Shown here one piece after another: positions 56,247 through 64,000 of a DNA stretch of 64,000 bases. The DNA comes from a virus (lineage: Duplodnaviria; Caudoviricetes). Within the stretch, counting starts at the first letter, position 1; every line of letters begins with the position of its first letter. The translations under genes were made by a program, and so were the position numbers. A model generated the notes under the pieces. It saw nothing but the letters and a program-made list of their open reading frames with translations, had not been told where the DNA came from and ran no database searches. The stretch covers positions 1-64,000 of the IMG/VR virus record IMGVR_UViG_3300037067_006130; one strand, written 5' to 3'.

Positions 56247-56303
56247 TACGTTTAGATTAGTTAATACTATGGTTCTGGCGTTAGCCGTTGGTTATTCTAG
56301 CAA

Positions 56304-56334
56304 CAAATTTACACAATAAATCGTATATACCAAA
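56304..56334 (-). promoter_or_regulatory. Bacteroidota sigma-70-type promoter (TTTG-N19-TAAATTTG)
   Basis: Exact consensus: -33 at 56331-56334, -7 at 56304-56311, 19-nt spacer; 58 nt before ATG 56246. Confidence 0.8.
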
Positions 56335-56363
56335 AATAAGGGATGCAAAATTGCACCCCTTAT
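56332..56363 (-). terminator. Rho-independent terminator ending the PRTRC-containing operon
   Basis: Stem ataagggatgcaa / ttgcaccccttat (one G-U on the - strand) followed by TTTTT on the - strand; overlaps the -33 box of the next promoter. Confidence 0.75.
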
Positions 56364-56364
56364 C

Positions 56365-56718
56365 CTAAAGTTTATGTAAATGGTTTAACATCATCTTCTT
56401 CGGGTTTTGCTCCATTAGCTCTAACATTTGATCTGCAGTAAACAAAAGATCATCCGTGTAGATACAAGCAATCTTGTGACTACTTCCTTTACTCGGTGAT
56501 GGATCGTGTTCTGCGTAAAGTGACCATCGGTACGGAACTTCTCCGAATTCAAGGACAATGTGCTTGTCCTCTTTTACTGCCAGGATAAACGAGATCATTG
56601 GTGAGCTAAAAGGGGCGTAAACTATACACCCTTTCTCTTTTAGCTCAAATGCCATTCCTCTTAGTGTTGTATCCACTCGTTTTAAACGTAGCTGATACGC
56701 TGGAAAGAAATCGCTCAT
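56365..56718 (-). CDS. Hypothetical protein
   Basis: 117-aa ORF ending just before the terminator. Confidence 0.55.
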   Translation of the reverse strand: MSDFFPAYQLRLKRVDTTLRGMAFELKEKGCIVYAPFSSPMISFILAVKEDKHIVLEFGEVPYRWSLYAEHDPSPSKGSSHKIACIYTDDLLFTADQMLELMEQNPKKMMLNHLHKL

Positions 56719-56916
56719 TTCTCTTCCTCTTCCATGAATTCATCAGCCATTTCAAATGCCTGTTTCATGGTTATCCCATGATGGTGCGTAAACATTTCTA
56801 AAGCGGTACTATACCGCTTTAGAAACACCACATTCATGATCCTCAGTTTCTCCGAATGAACCGTAATTCTTATAGGCTATCGGGAATGCTGGTTCTAATC
56901 CTTTCTTGTTGCTCAT
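56715..56916 (-). pseudogene. Small AFP-motif phage gene with +1 frameshift at a perfect palindrome
   Basis: MSNKKGLEPAFP...GVSK then STALEMF...AFEMADEFMEEEEK* in the +1 frame. Length is 202 nt (one extra base); both ends are ATGA-coupled. Confidence 0.55.
56795..56825. repeat. Perfect 14-bp inverted repeat with 3-nt loop
   Basis: tttctaaagcggta-cta-taccgctttagaaa. Confidence 0.95.
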
Positions 56917-57050
56917 CGTTTTTCCTCCTTTTCTTTTACATCTTTCCAACCGATTTCTCGGTATAATCGTGCTGCTTCATGAGCAACACAAAAGTCAGTG
57001 GTATTGACTAGTTCACTACCACTGACGATTACAAGGTATCTCGTTTCCAT
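56913..57050 (-). CDS. 45-aa hypothetical protein (not in ORF track)
   Basis: METRYLVIVSGSELVNTTDFCVAHEAARLYREIGWKDVKEKEEKR*; directly follows the ThiF stop and is ATGA-coupled to the next ORF. Confidence 0.5.
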   Translation of the reverse strand: METRYLVIVSGSELVNTTDFCVAHEAARLYREIGWKDVKEKEEKR

Positions 57051-57779
57051 CTATACCGTATTAATATTCATTTCACCTAGATTAAAGTAAAGCTGATTGT
57101 AGGGTAGGTAAAGGTTACAGATAAAGTCCTTAATCATCCCTGCAGCAAAGGTGGCCATGTGTAGGTTAATAAATAAATCCTGCTTAGCTAGCGCTTCGAA
57201 TACAGAACAACTTGGGCCTTGTTCCTCTTTACTTCCAATCATATCCTCCATGAAGGGGAATACATCGAATACATGGGTTGCCCTACGTTTGGCAATCTCA
57301 TCTGAGAATTGTCCAAAGATAATCTGGCCAAAATCACGACCATTCCCAATATCCATCCAGTGCCTAAATAACGGTACTTTCTGAATCATTCTTCGTGCGG
57401 GAATATTATCCACGCATGAAATGGTTATCCCCTCATCATCATCATCCCAATGACCGATATACTTTGCGACCTCGCTATCAAACATCACCGGAAAGTACTC
57501 CCACTGAAATCCGTAGACATGGTTAATCGATTCAATCAGCGCTTGACACTTCATCTGATCAACCTGGCCATGAGAAAATGGTTGACGACCAACATTGGTT
57601 GAGGATATCTTATCCCCATCGAAGGCCCAAACTTTTATTCCTTTATAGCCTAATCGGATTATCGTTTCATTCACTGATACCAATCGGTTGATTAGATGTG
57701 CTCCTGTTCCACCTGTACCTATCACGACTACGTTGATAAGCATCCGTTCGGGTAGTAAATCACCTGCGTATATTTTCAT
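57051..57779 (-). CDS. PRTRC system ThiF-family (E1-like) protein
   Basis: VIGTGGTG, FDGDKISSTNVGRQPF, SCVDN..AR, WMDIGNGRDFGQ, GPSCSVFEALAKQDLFIN. Confidence 0.92.
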   Translation of the reverse strand: MKIYAGDLLPERMLINVVVIGTGGTGAHLINRLVSVNETIIRLGYKGIKVWAFDGDKISSTNVGRQPFSHGQVDQMKCQALIESINHVYGFQWEYFPVMFDSEVAKYIGHWDDDDEGITISCVDNIPARRMIQKVPLFRHWMDIGNGRDFGQIIFGQFSDEIAKRRATHVFDVFPFMEDMIGSKEEQGPSCSVFEALAKQDLFINLHMATFAAGMIKDFICNLYLPYNQLYFNLGEMNINTV

Positions 57780-58468
57780 CGTATGCTCGTTTTAAGTTGA
57801 AATGGTTCCATATCCCTCTGCTTATAGGTAAAGGATTTTGCCTTTGCCCATTTGAATCCAGTTGCATCAGCATGACTATTGAATGAGGATGCCCAAAACG
57901 CATCGTAGTAAGCATCCATCGTTTCACCAATGGTCATACCATCCTTTAACGTTACAGAACCTCCCATACAAACATTACCACTCATACCAATATTGGGTAG
58001 ATTGCAACCAACGAACCCTGCTCCTTTACGTTCGTAGACGTACAGCGAACTACCCTCGATTAGATAGTAGAACTTAGGAACATTCTTCAGCAGTTTCTTT
58101 TCGCCTTTGTAGTATATCCACTTTTCCTTTGCAGGTTCATCGACGAACATGATTGACTTTAAACTTCTCGAGAGGAAGAGAACAGGAAATCGGAATATGA
58201 GCATCTGCTCAGGAAGAAAATTCTTCTCCTTCTCCTGCCTGACCACTCGTAGAATGTTCTTGGCAAATCGTACCATAAAGTTAATCGTTACCGGAACGAA
58301 ATTACCAAGTAGGCCATGCTTTACTTCAGCGATCTCATAGTACTCTTTTCCGTCTGTTCTCGCGAAACAAGCCATAACATACTTAAGTTTTACCTTCGTG
58401 GATATTAGTTCTGATGCCGATTCACCGAGATACTGTTTATAGTTATATTCTTGTTGGGCTTTTTTCAT
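57776..58468 (-). CDS. PRTRC system protein B (prokaryotic E2 family D-like)
   Basis: LPNIGMSGNVCMG...YYDAFWASSFNSH matches the NV...G.VC.G...F..S.F.H pattern; ATGA-coupled to ThiF. Confidence 0.8.
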   Translation of the reverse strand: MKKAQQEYNYKQYLGESASELISTKVKLKYVMACFARTDGKEYYEIAEVKHGLLGNFVPVTINFMVRFAKNILRVVRQEKEKNFLPEQMLIFRFPVLFLSRSLKSIMFVDEPAKEKWIYYKGEKKLLKNVPKFYYLIEGSSLYVYERKGAGFVGCNLPNIGMSGNVCMGGSVTLKDGMTIGETMDAYYDAFWASSFNSHADATGFKWAKAKSFTYKQRDMEPFQLKTSIR

Positions 58469-59933
58469 TGCTATACAGCTCGTTAAAATTATTCATGAAT
58501 ACTAGTGCTGATTCCGAAAAGACATCAATGTACTTCCAAATTTTTTTGTACTCCTGGTTTATCTTTTCGTACCGATATGTACCGTTGATCTTTCTAATCT
58601 GAAATCCATCCGCACATATTTCCTCAAACAGGTCAGCGCCATCCTTCCAAATCATATCGTGGTAATGCTCCATTCTCCAATCATCGTAGTAGCTCGATTC
58701 GTAGAATATGTTATAGTACTGACGAATTCTATCGCGAAAGAATGTTAAAGAACATGCCGATTCGTCTATCCCACTATCATCCTCCTGACTCTCGATTAGA
58801 AAGTAGTGAAGTAGTTGTCTATCCTTACGAACCTTTTCAATCTCTTCAACAAGTAAGGCGGTTAGATTCTCTACCCTAACATTCATGACTAGGTTGGCCT
58901 TCATATGGGTTAACCATTTTACTAAAAATCCACCTATTCGGTAGAAGTTCTCGTAATACTCCAAGCGTAACCCTTTAGAGAGCATTGTAGTCATTTTCTG
59001 TTGGGCTTTGTAGACAAACCTATTATTCGTCACCATCTCGCCATACTGCCCTGTAATCATTTGGTAGCTGGTATGATCCTGCTCACTTCTACATCGTAAT
59101 AGGTAGATGAAACTGCTATCGATATCATTATCATCATTCCCTTCCAATTCCTCTAGCCATTCCCAAAAGTCAGTCTCATCGAAGTCAACACGCTCTTTGG
59201 CCTCTTTGATTAGCTCTATCATCTTGAGCATATTCGTCTGACAACCATCGTCATCTATACCCATCTCCATCTCCATCAGCTCACTTTGCCGTTGGTCGCT
59301 AGAGAAATCGTAGATATAGGCAATGTATTCGATTGCCCAGGTAATCAGCTTAACTATTTTCTTGTAGGAATACCCTGATTCGAGCATTGATTTTCGGACT
59401 AGATCATCCTGAGCCGGAACATCCTCGTAGACGGATAGTAGTATTTTAGTACTACACCTAAAGACATCCTCTATACCCATTAGGTCAACCTTATACTCGG
59501 CTTTAAGGTACATCTCGATATCCTTGCCAACACTCGCTTCGTAATGAGTAAGCATATCTGTCGGAATGTGTTTCTTGATTAGCTCTGAAAAAAACTGAAT
59601 GTACTCCTGAACGTTTAACTTACTCGGATCAACCTTAGAGGTTACCAAGTCTTTTTCAGTAGGACAAACTAAACGGTATACCTCGTAAACAAAGATGGCT
59701 GCTTCTCGCCATCCTTTCGGGGTGTGTAGCTCTAAACGAGAACCCGCTAGATTATACTCTAACGGGTTCCATTTTATCTTACCACCAATAAGTTTTCTTA
59801 TATCATCGTGCCAACCGGGTACATCCCGCCAGCCTCCCGAATTGGGTACTTGCTTACTTCGGGAAGTTCCAATCGGCTTTCTAATCCTTTTGAAAACTCT
59901 CTTGGCGATTTCTTGTTCTGTTGCCTCGCCCAT
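58443..59933 (-). CDS. Large acidic helical protein at the PRTRC protein F position
   Basis: 496 aa between the protein C and protein B homologues; assigned by synteny only. Confidence 0.45.
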   Translation of the reverse strand: MGEATEQEIAKRVFKRIRKPIGTSRSKQVPNSGGWRDVPGWHDDIRKLIGGKIKWNPLEYNLAGSRLELHTPKGWREAAIFVYEVYRLVCPTEKDLVTSKVDPSKLNVQEYIQFFSELIKKHIPTDMLTHYEASVGKDIEMYLKAEYKVDLMGIEDVFRCSTKILLSVYEDVPAQDDLVRKSMLESGYSYKKIVKLITWAIEYIAYIYDFSSDQRQSELMEMEMGIDDDGCQTNMLKMIELIKEAKERVDFDETDFWEWLEELEGNDDNDIDSSFIYLLRCRSEQDHTSYQMITGQYGEMVTNNRFVYKAQQKMTTMLSKGLRLEYYENFYRIGGFLVKWLTHMKANLVMNVRVENLTALLVEEIEKVRKDRQLLHYFLIESQEDDSGIDESACSLTFFRDRIRQYYNIFYESSYYDDWRMEHYHDMIWKDGADLFEEICADGFQIRKINGTYRYEKINQEYKKIWKYIDVFSESALVFMNNFNELYSNEKSPTRI

Positions 59934-59960
59934 CGTTTAAAGTGTCGTCTTGGATTAAAA

Positions 59961-60179
59961 CTATCCTTTTTCGCCTGCAACTGTTCGGAATTCATAGTCA
60001 ACTTCGCCATTCTTCCCTTGTGTTGGACCGATTACGGTTGCGTTTGTAATTGATGGGTGCTTTCCCGACAGAATCTTTTTCACCTCAATGACTGAACCTC
60101 CGGGTAAAGGATCTTTCTCGGTAATCTTTGTCTTACCGTCATTGATGATGAAGTTTCTTACTGCTCTTTGTAGTGCCAT
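59961..60179 (-). CDS. PRTRC system protein C (ubiquitin-like beta-grasp)
   Basis: 72 aa; DPLPGGS..EVKKILS..HPSITNATVIGP...YEFRTVAGEKG with the characteristic C-terminal GxKG. Confidence 0.88.
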   Translation of the reverse strand: MALQRAVRNFIINDGKTKITEKDPLPGGSVIEVKKILSGKHPSITNATVIGPTQGKNGEVDYEFRTVAGEKG

Positions 60180-60182
60180 AGT

Positions 60183-60965
60183 TTATCCCCAGTTTTCTTC
60201 TGTTTGGTCGGTTTCTGTTGCTTCGGTAGTTTCTTTAGGTTCATCAGGGTTGGATTCGTTCTGGTTGAACAACTCGTTCTTAGGAGTAGTATCAACAGCT
60301 TTACCCTTATTTACTGTAGTCTTGGTGGTCGTCTTTGCGGCATCCTCCTTCTTTACATCAGGTTTCTTCGCATCAGCCACTTTCTTCTCGGCTATCTTAA
60401 CAGCTTCCTTCTCGAGAGATATCTTCTGCTCGATTAACGCTTGAAGATCGGCAACCTTAGCCTTAACGGAAACGAATTCCTTAATCTGAGGTAGCACGTT
60501 CATCATGATTTCCTGAGCAGTACCGAACATGGTCACATCAATACCAGGTTTAATCGTGATGAGCAAATCAATCCTCTTGGGTTGTGTAGCACTTGGAGTA
60601 AGCGTTAACTTCTCGATGATATCACATACCGATTCCCAACCTGATAGGTCGAAGATAACCCCAACTCCGGGTTTTATTGCAGCATTCCCTTTCTCTTCGG
60701 TTGGGCCTTTAATGACTTCATTGCTCTTTTCCACAACTTTGTTCTGTTCTGTACTTGCAGCAACTTCGCTGAAGTATAGTTCAAAAGAAGATTGTTTCAG
60801 CTTTACTTGAGTTACACCATCAATGATGGTATACCCGAAGCCAATAGCATCGTTAATCTTTTCCTTTTCAAAACCATACTTCTTACCGATGGTTAACTTG
60901 TTTACGGGCGCGTTAGCGTCATCCGAATGTGAGTTTAGAACACAAAATCCTTTTACAGGTGCCAT
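60183..60965 (-). CDS. PRTRC system protein E-like, with extra N-terminal domain
   Basis: Central DVTMFGTAQEIMMNVLPQI resembles the protein E GT.EELD motif; low-complexity K/T/E tail; directly upstream of protein C. Confidence 0.6.
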   Translation of the reverse strand: MAPVKGFCVLNSHSDDANAPVNKLTIGKKYGFEKEKINDAIGFGYTIIDGVTQVKLKQSSFELYFSEVAASTEQNKVVEKSNEVIKGPTEEKGNAAIKPGVGVIFDLSGWESVCDIIEKLTLTPSATQPKRIDLLITIKPGIDVTMFGTAQEIMMNVLPQIKEFVSVKAKVADLQALIEQKISLEKEAVKIAEKKVADAKKPDVKKEDAAKTTTKTTVNKGKAVDTTPKNELFNQNESNPDEPKETTEATETDQTEENWG

Positions 60966-60983
60966 AAATTTATTTGTTTGTTA

Positions 60984-61241
60984 TTAGAATGGACAATCAT
61001 CTCTTGGACCTTGAATAACCAATCTTTGCCAAAAGTCCAAGGTCGTTATATCTACCTTTGGCTTCTCTACTATCTTGCCTGTTCTCGCGAACGTCTTTGC
61101 TTCCTCGTCTAAGGCAAGCATGGATTTTCCGATAGCCCATTTGACATAATTTTTGCCATCTGAGCTATCGAGAACTTCCTTCATCGTTTTCCCTTTAAAC
61201 TTTCCGAAGAAGAAAACATCATCAAGGGAATAGATTTTCAT
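60984..61241 (-). CDS. DUF3820 / ExoX-C-terminal-like small protein
   Basis: FFFGKFKGKTMKEV...NYVKW motif. Confidence 0.65.
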   Translation of the reverse strand: MKIYSLDDVFFFGKFKGKTMKEVLDSSDGKNYVKWAIGKSMLALDEEAKTFARTGKIVEKPKVDITTLDFWQRLVIQGPRDDCPF

Positions 61242-62227
61242 TACATGAACTCTTGGTCAGGTGCTACTTCGTTTCCTGTTGCTACGAATGCCTGATTCGT
61301 TAAATCCTCAACTGGTGTGAAATAGGTTTGATTAGCCATTTCCATCAGTACTGGATATTCCTCAAGTATCGCATCGTACCATACTTTAGGGGCATGGTAG
61401 ATATTCACCATATCCACATCGGTTGGCTTGTACAGGTTAGTACCTATATTGTATAGATCCCAAACAGTACCCAATCTCGAATCCTCCTTCAACCGCTTGT
61501 TGATATCCTGAGTTAGCACGCTCATTTGAGTCATAGTAAATGGCGCTACAACGCTACCATAGGCTTGCTCAACCGATTTACGGTATAGGTTACCTACCAA
61601 ACGGTCTACCTCTGATACCTTATCAATCTCCACGCTCTTCATTCCTTCAATCATTCTAAGGTCGAATTGCTCCTTCTCTGCCATTGTATCAAGCCAGTGG
61701 TTTAACACCTCAAGCATTTTATCGAAAGGAACCTTATTCTGACCATAGGTAGTCATTAGGTTCTTACCGAATACGCACATGTTTGAGCATATCCTAACGT
61801 TTTGTCCAAAGGCCACAAGCACACCGTTCTTATTGAACGATAAAGCGATTGAGGTATTGGTATCACCTTCCCTTGCAGGGTTCACGTTAATCTTGGTGAT
61901 AAGCTGGTTAAACAGCCACTTTGATATCGGAGTATTCTCTGCAGTGTAGATACCACGTTCTGCTGAGGTAAGAATCTGTTGTGATTCTGACTTCTGCACG
62001 TAGATATTATCCAACGCATGAGGAATTCCTCTTTCGCCAAGCTGGTTGGTAATCCTATCAATCAGCTCCCATGATTGTATGGGGCGAGAAATGATTTCCC
62101 TACCATTCTGCATACGCACGAGTTGGCTCTCGCGAAGGTGGTCCAGCGAGATTAGACTCGCCTTGCCATCACCTTCAAGTTTGTAAATAATTTCACTATT
62201 CTCCATTGGTCTCTTGAATTGATTCAA
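61241..62227 (-). CDS. DUF932-like protein
   Basis: VAFGQNVRICSNMCVFG...TVWDLYNIGTNLYK pattern. Confidence 0.65.
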   Translation of the reverse strand: MNQFKRPMENSEIIYKLEGDGKASLISLDHLRESQLVRMQNGREIISRPIQSWELIDRITNQLGERGIPHALDNIYVQKSESQQILTSAERGIYTAENTPISKWLFNQLITKINVNPAREGDTNTSIALSFNKNGVLVAFGQNVRICSNMCVFGKNLMTTYGQNKVPFDKMLEVLNHWLDTMAEKEQFDLRMIEGMKSVEIDKVSEVDRLVGNLYRKSVEQAYGSVVAPFTMTQMSVLTQDINKRLKEDSRLGTVWDLYNIGTNLYKPTDVDMVNIYHAPKVWYDAILEEYPVLMEMANQTYFTPVEDLTNQAFVATGNEVAPDQEFM

Positions 62228-62239
62228 ATGTGTAAATAA

Positions 62240-62605
62240 TTATACGTCTAACTTCGGATTTGGAATGTACGATACGTCAAACCCATCAATATTCACTCGC
62301 TTGAAAGTAGGTTGAGGGTATGCTCGTTCGTTTTCGAGCTGAGAACGTTTTACTACGAGCAGTTGATGTACGATGAAATTTAGGTTATGATGCCTATTCG
62401 TTTTCCAGCACATATTCTTGAATAGACGATAGTACTCTTCCGCAATATACCACTGCTCTACTGTTTTACAACTAACGATTACCTTTTGCGCCTTGTTAAA
62501 CGCTAGATTCATTTCCTGATCCTTCTTAGAGTAATCTTCGGTTGGTTGGTTTTTGGAACACATATTCTTCCCTTTCCTGTTTTTTGAGAAGCGCCCAGTT
62601 ATCAA
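62240..62605 (-). CDS. Hypothetical protein
   Basis: KAQKVIVSCKTVEQW..AEEYYRLF pattern; the true start may be internal (MCSK or MNLA). Confidence 0.5.
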   Translation of the reverse strand: MITGRFSKNRKGKNMCSKNQPTEDYSKKDQEMNLAFNKAQKVIVSCKTVEQWYIAEEYYRLFKNMCWKTNRHHNLNFIVHQLLVVKRSQLENERAYPQPTFKRVNIDGFDVSYIPNPKLDV

Positions 62606-62774
62606 TGATGTATGATTTTAGATTATCGGGTAGCTTTCCTTGTTCGTATAGGAATATTAAGTACCTAGCGGGCACATTTGCTAGTTTCTTGCCCTTGTGC
62701 GTACCGAAGGTGATGATACTCTCATCAGTCAATTCCTCCTGTATCGGTTTGTGGTCGCTCAGTCTTGTTGACAT
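62526..62774 (-). CDS. DUF3820-like small protein (second copy)
   Basis: ITFGTHKGKKLANVPARYLIFL motif. Confidence 0.75.
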   Translation of the reverse strand: MSTRLSDHKPIQEELTDESIITFGTHKGKKLANVPARYLIFLYEQGKLPDNLKSYIIDNWALLKKQEREEYVFQKPTNRRLL

Positions 62775-63543
62775 CTAAATGCTTTTTTAATAGTTTACTA
62801 AAATCCTTCTGTTCATCCTCTTCCAGCATGGTCAGCCAGTACCACTTATCGTTAAACGCTTTCTTATACTTCGGTGACAGATTCTTATCCTTCTTGATAA
62901 GGTCATTGAAGTTATAAAACGCGAATACGAGCAGTTCAGCTAAATCAGATTCGCTACACTTCTCAGGGAATAGCATATACCGATTATTGACGATACCCAC
63001 CTCGTAGTAAACCTCTCCATGAGTAAAGTAGGGTACGATATCCATGACAGAAACTCGTTCACCTGCAATCTTCTTGATATCAGCAATCTTCTTGGTGAAA
63101 TACATGTGTTCTACGAAAGCGGCTGATTTTCGGGTTTCATCCTTGAATAGCTCGAATCCTATCAGCTTCAGGATATCCCAATGCTTAAAGTTTTCAAGGT
63201 TCATCAATGGGTAATCCCGGATAAACTGGGCAACGGTACGAACTTCTTTAAGCATCCTTTCGAAGTGTTTTAAGGCGTTCTTTTCGTTGAGGGCGGTAAT
63301 GTAAAGGAATGAGTCTTTTGTGATAATCTTGCCCTTTATCATCGGCCCTTTGGTGGCAAAGTCAAACTCTACCTGAGCATCATAAGTCGCCCTCGATATC
63401 TCTCCATCCGCAAGGTTAAGACAGAATAGGCTATGACCTGGATAGACATTCTTTGTTCCGACAAAGGTGTACTGCCGAAACTTCTCCATTTCGGACACCA
63501 CTTCGATGTCCGTATGGAGTTGTTCTAGTTGATCTAATTTCAT
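62725..63543 (-). CDS. Hypothetical protein
   Basis: 272-aa ORF; start overlaps the KTSC stop. Confidence 0.55.
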   Translation of the reverse strand: MKLDQLEQLHTDIEVVSEMEKFRQYTFVGTKNVYPGHSLFCLNLADGEISRATYDAQVEFDFATKGPMIKGKIITKDSFLYITALNEKNALKHFERMLKEVRTVAQFIRDYPLMNLENFKHWDILKLIGFELFKDETRKSAAFVEHMYFTKKIADIKKIAGERVSVMDIVPYFTHGEVYYEVGIVNNRYMLFPEKCSESDLAELLVFAFYNFNDLIKKDKNLSPKYKKAFNDKWYWLTMLEEDEQKDFSKLLKKHLDVNKTERPQTDTGGID

Positions 63544-63758
63544 TAGACTGCTAATTTTTTACAAACGTAAATGGGTTTAACTTTCTCCGTAAAATATTTA
63601 CCTACCGACTTCTCACGAAGTAGTTGGGTATATACGCTTTTAGGTACCTTGAGGTATTGGTATATACTGTCGTTGGAAAACTTTACCTCGAGAACCATCG
63701 TTCTGTCGTCATAGCCAATCTCGGCTATCATGTGTGATGTTACTTTAATCCTTTTCAT
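63543..63758 (-). CDS. KTSC-domain protein
   Basis: VTSHMIAEIGYD...LEVKFSNDSIYQY..VP..VY..L...SVGKYF...VK. Confidence 0.9.
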   Translation of the reverse strand: MKRIKVTSHMIAEIGYDDRTMVLEVKFSNDSIYQYLKVPKSVYTQLLREKSVGKYFTEKVKPIYVCKKLAV

Positions 63759-63767
63759 TGGTTGGTT

Positions 63768-63974
63768 TTAGGATTTTGATTTATACTCTCTGCAGTAATC
63801 ATTATATCCTACGTTAAAAGCGATGGGATCGTGCTTTCGCTGGCACGTTCCGTATTTGCCATTCATGAAGTACTTCGTCTGAAGTTTACCATCCATGATG
63901 TATGATTCTCGGTCATGCTCCATCCTGTTCAGATATTACTCGTAATCATCCTTAGTGGGAGTAATGCTATTCAT
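63768..63974 (-). pseudogene. 68-codon ORF with in-frame TAA at codon 13
   Basis: MNSITPTKDDYE*YLNRMEHD...YGTCQRKHDPIAFNVGYNDY; TAA at 63936-63938. The DPIAF..G.ND motif recurs in small phage proteins. Confidence 0.55.
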
Positions 63975-64000
63975 AACATTTCCTCCGTACAATAGTAAGC

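Noticed and set aside
43789-62778. Short + strand or alternate-frame ORFs in the early region (e.g. 46113-46367, 52082-52345, 60088-60444)
   Set aside because: They are shadows of - strand genes. Only the intein-internal ORF 52971-53756 has independent protein motifs.
1-64000. Genome-wide stop-codon reassignment (TAG to Gln or TGA to Trp), known in some crAss-like phages
   Set aside because: All large genes translate intact in the standard code, and TAG, TGA and TAA all occur at tightly coupled gene ends (e.g. 1186, 8133, 17338, 34384, 57051).
1-64000. tRNA, rRNA, integrase or DNA polymerase genes
   Set aside because: None was recognised by eye; they may lie outside the window, and a tRNAscan run would be needed to exclude tRNAs formally.

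Overview
This is a 64-kb segment of a crAss-like (Crassvirales-type) dsDNA phage genome, most likely with a Bacteroidota host. The host inference rests on two exact TTTG-N19-TAnnTTTG promoters and A-rich starts lacking Shine-Dalgarno sites. The + strand (1-42.3 kb) is the virion module: portal C-terminus, scaffold-like protein, major capsid protein, crAss-type ring and tail proteins, two cargo proteins, a 5,676-aa virion RNA polymerase polyprotein, collagen-like and mosaic tail fibres, endolysin and holin. The polyprotein carries a DFDAD catalytic motif plus putative ASCH, P-loop kinase, two HExxH zincin, SLOG and PD-(D/E)xK modules. A bidirectional terminator at about 42.46 kb separates this from the - strand early/replication module: UNG, SSB-like protein, T7-type primase-helicase, initiator-like protein, SF2 helicase, a PRTRC ubiquitin-like cassette, DUF932-like and KTSC genes. 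Three observations stand out. (1) A five-gene PRTRC E-C-F-B-ThiF (Ubl/E2/E1-like) operon sits in the phage. (2) The helicase intein encodes its endonuclease in a different, fully overlapping reading frame. (3) The virion RNAP carries a patchwork of nucleotide-handling modules. Several small genes have single-base frameshifts or internal stops, which may be assembly errors. All family assignments are by motif recognition; no database searches were run.
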